NCBI GenBank assembly: GCA_041580435.1
Contig: JBFGDW010000001.1
Coordinates: 1 to 50,769 of the forward strand
Source: Candidatus Polarisedimenticolia bacterium
GTDB lineage: Bacteria; Acidobacteriota; Polarisedimenticolia; SMYD01
Direction: 5' to 3'
Length of the DNA: 50,769 bases
The notes beneath the pieces are model-generated. The model made no database searches, was not told the origin of the DNA, and worked only from the letters and a program-made list of their open reading frames with translations. A program made the position numbers and the translations under genes. Below, in pieces: positions 28,227 to 38,464 of the stretch (position 1 is the first letter of the stretch; each line of letters begins with the position of its first letter).

Positions 28227-28937
28227 TTGCGCTCGCTTCCCCTGCACCTGCTTCTCACCGTCATCAGCGTGCTCATGATCGGCGTGCTGGCCGCCGTTTT
28301 CGGCGACACGGTCCTGCTTCCCTTTTCGGCCTACGTGCCCACCGAGGCCACCATGGGGATCGTCCAGCGCATCTTCTACTTCCACGTCCCGGCCGCCATC
28401 ACGTCGTTCCTGGCCTTCTTCGTCGCCTTCGTGGCCAGCATCGGTTTCCTTGCCACGCGGCGTCTGGAGTGGGACAACGTGGCCCTGGCCTCGGTGGAGA
28501 TCGGGTTGCTGTTCTGCACCATGGTCATCGTGACCGGGCCGCTGTGGGCGCGGCCCGTCTGGGGCGCCTGGTGGCCCTGGGAGCCGCGACTGACCACGAC
28601 CCTCATCCTGTGGCTCCTCTACATCGCCTACCTCCTCCTGCGGACCTACACCGAGAATCGTGAACAGCAGGCGCGATTCAGCGCCGTGCTGGGCATCGTC
28701 GCGTTCCTGGACGTGCCCATCGTCTACTACTCGGTCCAGTGGTGGCGGGGCGTGCACCCGGTGGTCTTCGGGCCGGGCGGCGGCGGCATCGAGCCCCGCA
28801 TGCGCCACGCCTTCCTCGCCGCCCTGGCGGCCTTCTTCCTCCTCTATCTGCTGCTGGTGATCCACCGCACGCGGCTGGCGCGCATGGAGGACCAGGTGGA
28901 AGACTTGCGCGCGGCCTCGGCGGCGGGAGCCCCCTGA
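28227..28937 (+). CDS. ccmC: Haem exporter protein CcmC
   Basis: IFYFHVPAA and WWD motif WGAWWPWEPRLTTTLILW. 236 aa, TTG start. Confidence 0.9.
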   Translation: MRSLPLHLLLTVISVLMIGVLAAVFGDTVLLPFSAYVPTEATMGIVQRIFYFHVPAAITSFLAFFVAFVASIGFLATRRLEWDNVALASVEIGLLFCTMVIVTGPLWARPVWGAWWPWEPRLTTTLILWLLYIAYLLLRTYTENREQQARFSAVLGIVAFLDVPIVYYSVQWWRGVHPVVFGPGGGGIEPRMRHAFLAALAAFFLLYLLLVIHRTRLARMEDQVEDLRAASAAGAP

Positions 28938-28972
28938 CCGGCCTGCGCGCCGGGGAAGATCCGGAGTTGGAC

Positions 28973-29131
28973 ATGGGCAAGTGGCAGAACCTGGGTTACC
29001 TCTTCTGGGCGTACGTGAGCGTCTGGGCGCTGCTGGCCGCCTACCTGGTGCACATGGCCAACCGCATGCGCCGGCTGCGCCGTGAGATCGACGAACTGCG
29101 CCGCGAGCGGCGCGATGCCGGTCGCGGCTAG
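28973..29131 (+). CDS. ccmD: CcmD-like small membrane protein
   Basis: 52 aa: MGKWQNLGYLFWAYVSVWALLAAYLVHMANRMRRLRREIDELRR, one TM plus a basic tail. ATG preceded by GGAG and located directly after ccmC. It is embedded in a longer shadow ORF in the track. Confidence 0.65.
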   Translation: MGKWQNLGYLFWAYVSVWALLAAYLVHMANRMRRLRREIDELRRERRDAGRG

Positions 29132-30857
29132 GGCGGCGGGCCTGCGCCGGAGGCTGGGCGCCGCACTGGCCGTCCTCCTGGTGGCGGCAACGGCCGCTGG
29201 CGCCGCGGCCCCTCCGGCTCTCCGCTTCCCGAGGGGGGCGGTGGTGGCGGTGGAGCCCGAGGCCGCTGCCGCCGGGGCCACCATCCTGGCCCGCGGCGGC
29301 AACGCCGCCGACGCCGCCGTGACCGTCGCCCTGGTGCTGGCGGTGGTCCACCCCCGCGCGGGGAACCTGGCCGGTGGGCACTTCACCCTGTGGCGGGGAG
29401 CCGGCGGCGAGGTGGAGGTCATCGACGGTCGGGAAGCGGCCCCCGCCGCCGCCAGCGCCGGCATGTTCCTGGACCCGGCCACCAGCGAGCCCGTGCCCGG
29501 AGCCTCCCTTCACACCCCGCTGGCCATCGCCGTTCCCGGCACGCTGCCTGCCCTGGGCCTCCTCCACGCCCGCCACGGCCGCCTCCCCTGGCGGGACGTG
29601 GTGGAGCCGGCCCGGCGCCTCGCCGCACGCGGCTTCCGCGTCAGCCCCCTGCTGGCCGCGGACCTGGCACGCCAGGCGCCGCGCCTGCTCCAGGACCCCG
29701 ACACCGCGGCGGCCTACCTGCCCGGCGGCGTGCCGCCGCAAGAGGGCGACCGCATGCGCCTCCCGGACCTGGCCAGGACGCTGCGCGCCATCCGCGATCA
29801 CGGACCGGAGGCCATCTTCCGACCGCGCCTGGCGGCCCTCCTGTCCCTCGACCTGGCGCGCCGCAAGGCCGCCCTGGCGCTCACCGATCTGGCGGCCTAC
29901 CGCCCCCGGGTGTGCCGGGCCGTGGCCACCGACTACCGTGGCTTCCGGATCTGGACACCGCCTCTCCCCAGCGCCGGCGGCCTGACGGTGGCCCGGTCGC
30001 TGCGCGCCCTGGAGCCGTTCCACCTGGCCCCGGCCGATGCAGGCGGAGCCCGTCTCATTCACCTGCAGGCCGAGGTCTGGCGGCGGGCCTTCGCCGAGCG
30101 CCATCTTGCCTATGGCAGCCCGCAGGGTTCACCCGGGACGCTGCCGGACCCGCTGGACCCGTCCGGGCCGCACCGGTGGAGCCGGGAGATCGCCCTGGAC
30201 CGGGCCGGCCCTTCGGCACCCCTGTTCACACCCACCGACGACGGGCTGCAGGCCGGCACACCGGTGCACGAGTCCCCGGAGACGACCCATTTCTCCATCG
30301 TCGATGCCGACGGCAACGCCGTGTCCCACACCACCACCCTCAACGGCAGCTTCGGCGCCGGCCTGGTGGCCCGGGGCACAGGCATCCTGTGGAACAACGC
30401 CATGGACGACTTCTCGGTGGCTCCCGGCGTCCCCAACCTGTACGGCATCCCCGGCTCGGCGGGCAACGCCATTGCCCCCGGCCGCCGTCCCCTCTCGTCC
30501 ATGACGCCCATCATCGTGGAGCGGGACGGGCACCTGGCCTTCGTCCTTGGATCACCGGGTGGGGCGTTCATCCCCACGGTCTTGACCCAGGTCCTCGTCG
30601 CCCTCATCGACCTGGAGGCTCCACCCGCCGAGGCGGTCCAGGCGGACAGGGTCCATCACCAGGGTCTTCCTGATCGACTGCGCCACGAGCCGGGGGCGCT
30701 GGCCCCAGAGGTCCGCGCGCGCCTGGTGGCGTTCAGGCATCGCCTGGCCCGGGCGAAGGAGGCCATGGGGGACGTTCACCTGCTGGCGGTGGCCGCGGAC
30801 GGCTCCGTGCTGGCCGCGCCGGATCCGCGCCGGCACGGCGGCGCGGCGGGGTTCTGA
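29115..30857 (+). CDS. ggt: Gamma-glutamyltransferase
   Basis: Signal peptide, GGNAADAAV, nucleophile block ETTHFSIVDADGNAV, MDDFS, SSMTPIIV. Start taken at ATG 29115 (17-nt overlap with ccmD). Confidence 0.88.
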   Translation: MPVAARAAGLRRRLGAALAVLLVAATAAGAAAPPALRFPRGAVVAVEPEAAAAGATILARGGNAADAAVTVALVLAVVHPRAGNLAGGHFTLWRGAGGEVEVIDGREAAPAAASAGMFLDPATSEPVPGASLHTPLAIAVPGTLPALGLLHARHGRLPWRDVVEPARRLAARGFRVSPLLAADLARQAPRLLQDPDTAAAYLPGGVPPQEGDRMRLPDLARTLRAIRDHGPEAIFRPRLAALLSLDLARRKAALALTDLAAYRPRVCRAVATDYRGFRIWTPPLPSAGGLTVARSLRALEPFHLAPADAGGARLIHLQAEVWRRAFAERHLAYGSPQGSPGTLPDPLDPSGPHRWSREIALDRAGPSAPLFTPTDDGLQAGTPVHESPETTHFSIVDADGNAVSHTTTLNGSFGAGLVARGTGILWNNAMDDFSVAPGVPNLYGIPGSAGNAIAPGRRPLSSMTPIIVERDGHLAFVLGSPGGAFIPTVLTQVLVALIDLEAPPAEAVQADRVHHQGLPDRLRHEPGALAPEVRARLVAFRHRLARAKEAMGDVHLLAVAADGSVLAAPDPRRHGGAAGF

Positions 30858-31423
30858 TGCCGCAGGCGCCGCTGGATCTCCTGGAGGGGCGGCGGGGCGT
30901 GGGGGTGTTCGGCTCCAGCGAGCCGCGGCCGGGAGAGGCGCCGTACGAGGACGCCCGGAGGGCCGGGGCCCGCCTGGCCGCGGCCGGGCTGGTGGTGGTG
31001 AACGGGGGCTACGGCGGCGTCATGGAGGCCTCCTCCCGCGGGGCCCGGGAGTCCGGCGGCCTGAGCATCGGCGTGACCGTGGCGGCGTTCGCCGGGCGCG
31101 GGACGGGGAATCGCTGGCTGGCCCGCGAGATCCACGCCCCCGACCTGTTCCAGCGCACGCGCACCCTGGTGGATCTGTCCAGCGGCTTTCTCATCCTGCC
31201 CGGGAAGGCCGGGACCCTGGCCGAGGTGAGCTTCCTGTGGGCCCTCAGGCGGGCGGGACTCCTGGGCAGCCGCCCCGTGGTCCTGGCCGGAGGTTCCCCC
31301 TGGACTCCGGTGGTGGCCGCCCTGGAGGGAGGCGGGGTGCTGGATCCTGATACCCTTGCGGGGACCTGGCTGGCGCCGGACGCGGAGGCGGCGGTGGCCC
31401 TGCTGCTGGAGAAGATGGCGTGA
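30857..31423 (+). CDS. LOG-family / TIGR00730 Rossmann-fold protein
   Basis: VVNGGYGGVMEASSRGA and ILPGKAGTLAEV, corresponding to the GGGxGxM and PGGxGTxxE blocks. The ATG shares 1 nt with the ggt stop. Confidence 0.75.
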   Translation: MPQAPLDLLEGRRGVGVFGSSEPRPGEAPYEDARRAGARLAAAGLVVVNGGYGGVMEASSRGARESGGLSIGVTVAAFAGRGTGNRWLAREIHAPDLFQRTRTLVDLSSGFLILPGKAGTLAEVSFLWALRRAGLLGSRPVVLAGGSPWTPVVAALEGGGVLDPDTLAGTWLAPDAEAAVALLLEKMA

Positions 31424-32088
31424 CACCGCCCAAGGGGTTCTGGCGCGAGAACATCGAGACGATCCTCGTGTGCGTGATCTTCGTGCTGTTCGCGCGCACC
31501 TTCGTCTTCCAGCAGTCCAAGATCCCCACCGGCTCCATGGAGGACACCCTGCTGGTGGGAGACTACATCCTGGTCAACCGCTTCCAGTACGCTCCCGTCC
31601 GCTACCGGTGGGAGCGCGCCCTGCTCCCCCGACGCGAGGTGCAGCGGGGCGATGTGGTGGTGTTCAAGTACCCCCGGCAGGTGGAGGTGGACTACATCAA
31701 GCGGGTCGTCGGCATCCCCGGCGATGTGGTGGAAGTGCGCGGGGAGACGGTGCTGGTGAACGGCCAGCGGCTGGAGGAGCCGTACGTAGCCTACAAGGGC
31801 GCCGGGGGCGGCATCGGCGCCGGCGATTTCGGTCCCGCCAAGGTTCCCGCCGGTAGCTACTTCGTCATGGGGGACAACAGGGATCGGAGCGCCGACTCGC
31901 GCATCTGGGGCTTCGTGCCCAGGAGCCACCTCCAGGGCCGGGCCATCTTCATCTGGTGGTCCTACGAGGAGGACCGGGAGGACTACCTCAAGACCCGCTT
32001 CCTGGAGCGGCTCAAGTCCATCGCCTCCAAGGTGATCCACTTCTTCCCCAGAACGCGCTGGAACCGTTTCTTTGACCTGATCCACTGA
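31420..32088 (+). CDS. lepB: Signal peptidase I
   Basis: IPTGSMEDTL (Ser), GDVVVFKYP, YIKRVVGIPGD (Lys), FVMGDNRDRSADSR. GTGA overlap with the upstream stop (31420..31423). Confidence 0.9.
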   Translation: MTPPKGFWRENIETILVCVIFVLFARTFVFQQSKIPTGSMEDTLLVGDYILVNRFQYAPVRYRWERALLPRREVQRGDVVVFKYPRQVEVDYIKRVVGIPGDVVEVRGETVLVNGQRLEEPYVAYKGAGGGIGAGDFGPAKVPAGSYFVMGDNRDRSADSRIWGFVPRSHLQGRAIFIWWSYEEDREDYLKTRFLERLKSIASKVIHFFPRTRWNRFFDLIH

Positions 32089-32114
32089 GCAGGCGACGCA
32101 CGAGGGAGAGCCAC

Positions 32115-32480
32115 ATGGAGTTTCACGAGCTGGAGCACAAGACGGTCAACGAGCTGCGGGAGATGGCCAAGGCGTACGAGGACGTCAAGGGTGTGGTCGG
32201 ACTGAAGAAGGACCAGCTCCTGGACATCCTGTGCGAGAAGCTGGGGATCGACCGACATGCCCACGTCCCGGAGGGGATCGGCCGGCGCCGGCTCAAGGCG
32301 CGCATCCGCGAGCTGCGCAAGAAGCGGGACGAGGCGCTGGCGGCCCGGGACCGTGCGGCACTGGCCAGCGTGCGCCGTGAGATCAAGTCACGGAAGCGGA
32401 CCCTGCGGCGGGAGATCGCACGCGCCTTGCGCCGGAGCGCCCCGGCGCCCGCGGCCCCTCAGAAGGACGCCTCGGCCTGA
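32115..32480 (+). CDS. Small Rho_N (SAP-like) domain protein with a polybasic tail
   Basis: [34 protein letters not shown] resembles the Rho N-terminal helix bundle. It is followed by an Arg/Lys-rich helix. RBS GAGGGAGAG upstream. Confidence 0.6.
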   Translation: MEFHELEHKTVNELREMAKAYEDVKGVVGLKKDQLLDILCEKLGIDRHAHVPEGIGRRRLKARIRELRKKRDEALAARDRAALASVRREIKSRKRTLRREIARALRRSAPAPAAPQKDASA

Positions 32481-33622
32481 CGCCCGGCGCCGGCCATCTC
32501 ACCGGCTGGCCGGCGGACCTGGTCGATCCACCCGCCGCCCAGCACCCGGTCGCCGGCATAGAAGACCACCGCCTGCCCCGGCGCCGCCAGCGGCGCCGCC
32601 CGCTCCAGGGATACCTTGGCCACGCCACCGTCCTCCGCCTCGACCCGGGCTGGCAGCGGCGCCTGCCGGTGCCGGAACTGGACCCGGCAGCGCAGGGCGC
32701 CTGCCGGCGGCACCCCGTCGATCCAGTTCACCTGCCGCGCCAGCAGGCCCGTGCACAGGGCTTCGTCCCGCGTCCCCACCAGGACCTGCCGGGTGGCTGG
32801 ATCGAGGGCCAGCACGTAATGCGCCCTCCCGCCCCCGGGCAGCCCTAGCCCTCGCCGCTGGCCCACGGTGAAGCGGGACAGGCCCGCATGGGTGCCCAGG
32901 CGCCTCCCCGCCGTGTCCACCACCTCACCACCCTCCTCGGACGGGCCGGACATCCGATCCACGAAGCCGCGGTAATCCCCGTCGGGCACGAAGCAGATGT
33001 CCTGGCTCTCGGCCTTGCCGGCGTTGGGCAGCCCGGCGTCCCGGGCGACGGCCCGGACCTCTTCCTTGGTCAGCCCCCCCACGGGAAACTCCACCCGCGC
33101 CAGCATCTCCTGGGTCAATCCGAACAGGAAGTAGGTCTGGTCCTTGTGGGGGTCGGCGGCCCGGCGCAGGCTCCAGAGGCGGCGGTCCTGGTCCCACTCC
33201 CGCCGCGCGTAATGGCCGGTGGCGAGGCGATCCGCTCCCATCCCCAGCGCCCGGCCCAGGAGGACGTCAAACTTGACCGCCGCGTTGCAGTGAGCGCACG
33301 GGATGGGGGTGCGCCCGCCCCGGTACTCGGTCACGAAGGGGTCCACCACCAGCCGGCGGAAGTCCTCCTCCAGGTCCAGGACGTAGAACGGGATCCCCAG
33401 CCGCGCTGCCGCCGCCCGCGCCACCTCGGCATCATCGCCGCCGCAGCAGCGCCCGGCCCGCGCCGCGGCCACGGGAAGGCGGAGGCCAGCCGGCGCGGCA
33501 TCCCCGGCACCAAACAGGCGCATGGTGAGGCCGAACGGGCGCCGCCCCGCCACCGCCAGGAGGGCCGCCGCCACGGAGGAGTCCACGCCACCGGACATGG
33601 CCACGGCGGTGCGCTCCCTCAC
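32459..33622 (-). CDS. mnmA: tRNA-specific 2-thiouridylase MnmA
   Basis: PP-loop [26 protein letters not shown], and the C-terminal beta-barrel block. The GTG overlaps the stop of the desulfurase gene (GTGA at 33619..33622). Confidence 0.9.
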   Translation of the reverse strand: MRERTAVAMSGGVDSSVAAALLAVAGRRPFGLTMRLFGAGDAAPAGLRLPVAAARAGRCCGGDDAEVARAAAARLGIPFYVLDLEEDFRRLVVDPFVTEYRGGRTPIPCAHCNAAVKFDVLLGRALGMGADRLATGHYARREWDQDRRLWSLRRAADPHKDQTYFLFGLTQEMLARVEFPVGGLTKEEVRAVARDAGLPNAGKAESQDICFVPDGDYRGFVDRMSGPSEEGGEVVDTAGRRLGTHAGLSRFTVGQRRGLGLPGGGRAHYVLALDPATRQVLVGTRDEALCTGLLARQVNWIDGVPPAGALRCRVQFRHRQAPLPARVEAEDGGVAKVSLERAAPLAAPGQAVVFYAGDRVLGGGWIDQVRRPAGEMAGAGRQAEASF

Positions 33623-34776
33623 CGGACCCTCCCCGCCGGCGCGTGCCGGCGCAGCCGCGGCGCCACCCGGCGCAGCGCGTCCAGGGCGAACTCCACATCG
33701 TCCACGCGTGTGTCCGGGCCCAGGCTCATGCGCACCAGGCCGGCGGCCCGCTCAGGCGGCAGACCCATGGCCCTCAGCGCGGCGCTGGGACGGCCTGCAC
33801 CGGTGGAGCAGGCCGATCCGGTGGAGACCGCCACCCCCTCCAGGTCCAGGGACGCCACCACATCCTCGCCGGCCACGCCGGGCATCAAGAAGGCGCTGGT
33901 GTTGGGAAGACGGGGCCGTCCCTCCCCCATCACCTCCACGTCCTCCACCACCGCGCGCAGCCCCGCCTCGAAGCGGTCGCGCAGGGCCGCCATGGCCGGG
34001 GCGTACGCTGCGCCCTCCCTGGCCCGCTCGGCCGCTGCGGCGCCCATGGCCGCTGCCAGGGCCGTGGCGGGCGTGCCGCCCCGCCGCCCACGCTCCTGGG
34101 CGCCCCCGCCCAGCAGCGGCACCAGCGCCAGCGCCGGGTCGGCGATGAGGGCCCCGGCGCCGGCGAAGCCGCCGAGCTTGTGACCGCTCAGCAAGCCGAT
34201 GATGTGCTCGCCAGGCGGCAGGATGGCGGGCAGGCGCCCGGGCGCTTGCACCGCGTCGGCCACCAGCGGGATCCCCCTGCGACCCAGCTCCCCCGCCACC
34301 TCGTCCACCGGCTGGAGGGTCCCGATCTCGTTGTGGGCCACCATGAGGGCCGCCACGGCGGTGGAAGGGGCGCAGGCCTCCAGGAAGCGCTCCGCGTCGG
34401 TCACGCCGCTGGCGTCAGGCGGGACCCGCACCACGGTGAATCCGTCCCGCTCCAGGGCGTCAGCCGCCGCCAGGATCGAGGCATGCTCCAGCGCCGAGAT
34501 CACCACGCGCCCGCCCCCCGCGGCGCGCGCGGCGCCTTGGAGGGCGGCGTGCGCCGCCTCGCTACCGCCGGAGGTGAACACCACAGCCGCGGGCGGCACT
34601 CCGGCCAGTCCGGCCACCGCCGCACGCGCCTCCTCCAGCGCCCCGCGCGCCGCCTGTCCCTCTGCGTGGGGGCTGTGGGGATTGGCCCAGACGCGGTCCA
34701 GCACCGCCCGCAGCGCTGCCCGGGCCGCCGGAGAGGGCGGGCTGGTGGCGTTGTGGTCCAGGTAGACCCGGGGCAT
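33619..34776 (-). CDS. Cysteine desulfurase (class V aminotransferase, IscS/NifS/YrvO-like)
   Basis: [21 protein letters not shown]-Lys SGHKLGG, catalytic loop STGSACSTG. Coupling to mnmA mirrors the yrvO-mnmA arrangement known in Bacillus. Confidence 0.88.
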   Translation of the reverse strand: MPRVYLDHNATSPPSPAARAALRAVLDRVWANPHSPHAEGQAARGALEEARAAVAGLAGVPPAAVVFTSGGSEAAHAALQGAARAAGGGRVVISALEHASILAAADALERDGFTVVRVPPDASGVTDAERFLEACAPSTAVAALMVAHNEIGTLQPVDEVAGELGRRGIPLVADAVQAPGRLPAILPPGEHIIGLLSGHKLGGFAGAGALIADPALALVPLLGGGAQERGRRGGTPATALAAAMGAAAAERAREGAAYAPAMAALRDRFEAGLRAVVEDVEVMGEGRPRLPNTSAFLMPGVAGEDVVASLDLEGVAVSTGSACSTGAGRPSAALRAMGLPPERAAGLVRMSLGPDTRVDDVEFALDALRRVAPRLRRHAPAGRVR

Positions 34777-34817
34777 GGCAGGACGCTACCACCGCCGTTC
34801 CGGGAAGGGCAACGACG

Positions 34818-34847
34818 TTGACACTCCGCAACGGCCGGTGCTAGATT
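34818..34847 (+). promoter_or_regulatory. Candidate sigma70-type promoter of the ileS-lspA-lgt-rluD operon
   Basis: TTGACA (34818..34823), 18-nt spacer, TAGATT (34842..34847). It lies about 65 nt upstream of the ileS TTG start, whose RBS AGGAG is at 34901..34905. Confidence 0.5.
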
Positions 34848-34912
34848 AACGCCTTCATTGCGCGGGAGTTAGCCGTCTCCGGCGAGCCGCTGCCCGCCAC
34901 AGGAGCCCCCCC

Positions 34913-37900
34913 TTGCCCGCGGCCTTGGAGCTGAAGAAGACCGTCAACCTGCCGCGCACCGCCTTCCCCATGAAGGCCAACCTGCCGGCCAATGAGCCCC
35001 GGTGGCTCGCCTTCTGGCGGGAGATGGACCTGTACGGGCGGCTCCGGGTCCTGCGCGCCGACGCCCCCCTCTACCTGCTCCACGATGGCCCCCCCTACGC
35101 CAACGGCAACATCCATCTGGGGCAGGCCCTCAACAAGATCCTCAAGGACATGGTGGTCAAGTCGCGCAGCCAGATGGGGATGAACGCTCCGTTCGTGCCC
35201 GGCTGGGACTGTCACGGGCTGCCCATCGAGAACCGGGTGGACCGGGAGCTAGGAGGCAAGAAGGAGGGCCTCTCCCCGCTGCAGGTCCGGCGCCTCTGCC
35301 GGCAGTACGCCGAGAAGTACATCCACGTCCAGCGCCAGGAGTTCCGGCGCCTGGGCGTCTTCTGGGACTGGCAGAACGACGACCGGGAGGAGGCGGAGGG
35401 CGCGGCCAGCCGGACCGCCATCTACCGCACCCTGGACCACGACTACGAGGCGGCCATCGCCCGGGAGCTGGGCCGCTTCTTCAGCGCCGGCAGCGTCTAC
35501 TACGGCAAGAAGCCGGTTCACTGGTGCCCGTCCTGCCGCACCGCCCTGGCCGAGGCCGAGGTGGAGTACGCCACCGTCACCGACCCCTCGGTCTACGTGG
35601 CCTTCCCCGTGCGCGGGGCGGGCGAGCGCATCCCGGCCCTGTCCGGCCAGGAGCCCAGGGCGGTCATCTGGACCACCACCCCCTGGACGCTGCCGTCCAA
35701 CCGCGCCCTGTGCTTCCACCCCGACTTCGTCTACGTGGCGGTGCGCGCCGGCGGCGGTGTCTTCATCGTTGCGCGGGATCTCCTCCCGGGGGTGGCCGAC
35801 GCCGTGGGCTGGCAAGACCCCCAAGTCATCGCCTCCTTCACCGGCCGCGAGCTGGCCGACGCGCCGGAGTCCGGCGCCGGGACCGCCGAGGTCACCGCCG
35901 AGCCGCCCTACAGAGAGATGACCTCCGGCCCGGCGAGCCGGCTCATCCTGGGTGAGCATGTGACCCTGGAGCAGGGCACCGGGATCGTCCACACCGCTCC
36001 CGGCCACGGCGCTGACGATTACTATGTCGGCGCCCGCTACGGCATCGAGCCCTGGGTCCCGGTGGATGATGACGGCCGCTTCATGGAGGCCATGGTGCCG
36101 GCGTGGGGCGGGCAGCGTGTGTTCGACGCCAACCGGCCCATCGTGGAGGATCTGGCAAGCCGCGGCCTCCTGCTGGCCACCACCGACATCGTCCACGAGT
36201 ACCCCCACTGCTGGCGCTGCCGCGGCCCCATCGTCTTCCGCGCCACCCCCCAGTGGTTCATCGCCATGGACCAGGGGCAGCTCCGCCAGCGGGCCGTTGC
36301 GGCCATCCACCGGACCGCGTGGAAGCCCCCCTTCGGTGAGGACCGCATCGCGGCCATGGTGGGCCATCGTCCCGACTGGTGCATCTCGCGCCAGCGGACC
36401 TGGGGCGTGCCCATCCCGGTCATGGCCTGCGGCGCCTGCTCCACCGACGACGAGCTGGTCTTCGTGTCGGACCCCCGGTTCTTCGAGCACGTGGCCGGCG
36501 TGATGGCCCGGGCCGGCTCCGACGCCTGGTTCGGCCGGCCCGGGGCCAGCGGCGCCCCCGAGCCGTACGCCGACGAGTCCGAGGCACGGGCCGTCCTGCT
36601 GCCTGCAGGACTGGGCTGCCCCCGCTGCGGCCAGGCCGAGCACCTGGCGCGCCGGTTCGAGATCGTGGACGTCTGGTTCGAGTCCGGAGCCAGCCACGCC
36701 GCCGTCCTCACCCGCCCCGGACTGCGCTGGCCGGCGGATCTCTACCTGGAGGGGCACGACCAGTACCGCGGCTGGTTCCACTCCTCCCTGCTGGTGGCCG
36801 TCCATGGGCGCGACGGACAGGCCCCCTACCGGCAGGTGATCACCCACGGCTTCACCCTGGACGGCCAGGGGCGCAAGATGAGCAAATCCCTTGGGAACAC
36901 GGTCAGCCCCATGGAGCTGGCCGACACCCGCGGCGCCGAGATCCTCCGGCTGTGGACCGCCATGGTCAACTTCCTGGAGGACATGTGGATCTCCGAGGAG
37001 GCGCTGACCCGCCACACCGACGCCTACCGCAAGATCCGCAACACCTTTCGCTACATCCTGGGCAACCTCCACGACTTCGATCCGGCGGCCCACGCCGTGC
37101 CGGTGGAGAAGATGCTGGAGATCGACCGGTACATCCTTTCCCGGTTCGACGAGGTCCGGCAACGTGTCGTGGATGCCTACGACCGGTCCGAGTTCCACAC
37201 CGTCGCCCACGCGCTGCACCAGTTCTGCGGCGTGGATCTGTCCGCCTTCTACATGGACGTGATCAAGGACCGGCTCTACACCGAGGCACCCGGAGCCGCC
37301 TCCCGGCGCTCGGGCCAGACGGCCCTCTGGCTGCTGGGGGACGGCCTGTGCCGCCTCATGGCCCCCATCCTCTGCTTCACCGCCGAGGAGGTGTGGCAGC
37401 AGCTTCCGCCGGCGGAGGGGCGGCAGGAATCGGTGCACCTGGAGCTGTTCCCCGGTCCCACCGGCGCCCGCGCCGACGCCGGGCGCTGGCGCGCCCTGCT
37501 GGACCTCCGGGAGCAGGTGGCGCGGGTGCTGGAGGCCGCGCGGCGGGAGAAGGTCATCGGCGCCGGCCTTGAGTCTCAGGTCGTGCTGCACGGTGAGCCC
37601 CCAGCTTTCGCCGACGAGTACGGCCTGCCGTGGCAGGAGTTTCTGGACGGCGTCCTCCCCGAGCTGGCCACCCTCTTCATCGTCTCCCAGGTGAGCGTCG
37701 CCGCCTCCCCACCGGAGGGAGCGGTGGGTGTGGAGGACGGCCCTCTGGCCGGACTGGCCCTGGCCGTCGCGCGGCATCCCGGGGTCAAGTGCCCCCGGTG
37801 CTGGACCTACGTGGAGGCCCTGGGGGCCGACCCCGCCTTCCCGGAGGTCTGCGCCCGCTGCGCCCCCAAGCTGGCCGCCGGGCTGGCCGCTGGAGCCTGG

Positions 37901-37924
37901 GCCGGCGCCGTCGCGGAGGGCTGA
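34913..37924 (+). CDS. ileS: Isoleucine--tRNA ligase (type 1, C-terminal zinc finger)
   Basis: KKTVNLPRTAFPMKANL, PPYANGNIHLGQ (HIGH), KMSKSLGN, C-terminal CPRCW...CARC. TTG start 7 nt after AGGAG. Confidence 0.93.
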   Translation: MPAALELKKTVNLPRTAFPMKANLPANEPRWLAFWREMDLYGRLRVLRADAPLYLLHDGPPYANGNIHLGQALNKILKDMVVKSRSQMGMNAPFVPGWDCHGLPIENRVDRELGGKKEGLSPLQVRRLCRQYAEKYIHVQRQEFRRLGVFWDWQNDDREEAEGAASRTAIYRTLDHDYEAAIARELGRFFSAGSVYYGKKPVHWCPSCRTALAEAEVEYATVTDPSVYVAFPVRGAGERIPALSGQEPRAVIWTTTPWTLPSNRALCFHPDFVYVAVRAGGGVFIVARDLLPGVADAVGWQDPQVIASFTGRELADAPESGAGTAEVTAEPPYREMTSGPASRLILGEHVTLEQGTGIVHTAPGHGADDYYVGARYGIEPWVPVDDDGRFMEAMVPAWGGQRVFDANRPIVEDLASRGLLLATTDIVHEYPHCWRCRGPIVFRATPQWFIAMDQGQLRQRAVAAIHRTAWKPPFGEDRIAAMVGHRPDWCISRQRTWGVPIPVMACGACSTDDELVFVSDPRFFEHVAGVMARAGSDAWFGRPGASGAPEPYADESEARAVLLPAGLGCPRCGQAEHLARRFEIVDVWFESGASHAAVLTRPGLRWPADLYLEGHDQYRGWFHSSLLVAVHGRDGQAPYRQVITHGFTLDGQGRKMSKSLGNTVSPMELADTRGAEILRLWTAMVNFLEDMWISEEALTRHTDAYRKIRNTFRYILGNLHDFDPAAHAVPVEKMLEIDRYILSRFDEVRQRVVDAYDRSEFHTVAHALHQFCGVDLSAFYMDVIKDRLYTEAPGAASRRSGQTALWLLGDGLCRLMAPILCFTAEEVWQQLPPAEGRQESVHLELFPGPTGARADAGRWRALLDLREQVARVLEAARREKVIGAGLESQVVLHGEPPAFADEYGLPWQEFLDGVLPELATLFIVSQVSVAASPPEGAVGVEDGPLAGLALAVARHPGVKCPRCWTYVEALGADPAFPEVCARCAPKLAAGLAAGAWAGAVAEG

Positions 37925-38464
37925 GTGGCCGGCGCCCGCCGCTGGCCCTACCTGGCCCTGGCGCTGGCGGTGATCCTGCTGGACCAGGCCAGCAAGGTGC
38001 TCATGACCCGCCTGCTGGCTCCTCGCGGCTCGGTGGAGATCATCCCGGGCCTGTTCAGCCTGACCTACGTCCGCAACACCGGTGCCGTCTTCGGCCTGTT
38101 CCGCGACCTGGCCGATCCCTGGCGAGGGCTGCTGCTGACCCTGATCCCGCTTCTCGCGGTGGGCGTGATCCTGGCCCTGGCCTGGCGCACCCCGGCGGGC
38201 CGCCGGCGCCCCCTCATGGCCCTGGCCCTGGTGCTGGGCGGCGCGGTGGGCAACCTGGTGGACCGGCTGCGGCTGGGGTACGTGGTGGACTTCCTGGACG
38301 CCTACCTGGGCACGGCCCACTGGCCCGCCTTCAACCTGGCCGACTCGGCCATCTGCATCGGCGTCTGCCTGCTCCTGCTGGACATGGCGCGGCAACCGGC
38401 GGGCGATCACTCCCCTTCCGGCCCTCGGGGACCGGGCCTGGCGGGCCATTCGGGGGAGCGCTAG
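37925..38464 (+). CDS. lspA: Lipoprotein signal peptidase (signal peptidase II)
   Basis: LDQASK, YVRNTGAVFG, GGAVGNLVDR, FNLADSAI. Classical ileS-lspA synteny. Confidence 0.9.
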   Translation: MAGARRWPYLALALAVILLDQASKVLMTRLLAPRGSVEIIPGLFSLTYVRNTGAVFGLFRDLADPWRGLLLTLIPLLAVGVILALAWRTPAGRRRPLMALALVLGGAVGNLVDRLRLGYVVDFLDAYLGTAHWPAFNLADSAICIGVCLLLLDMARQPAGDHSPSGPRGPGLAGHSGER

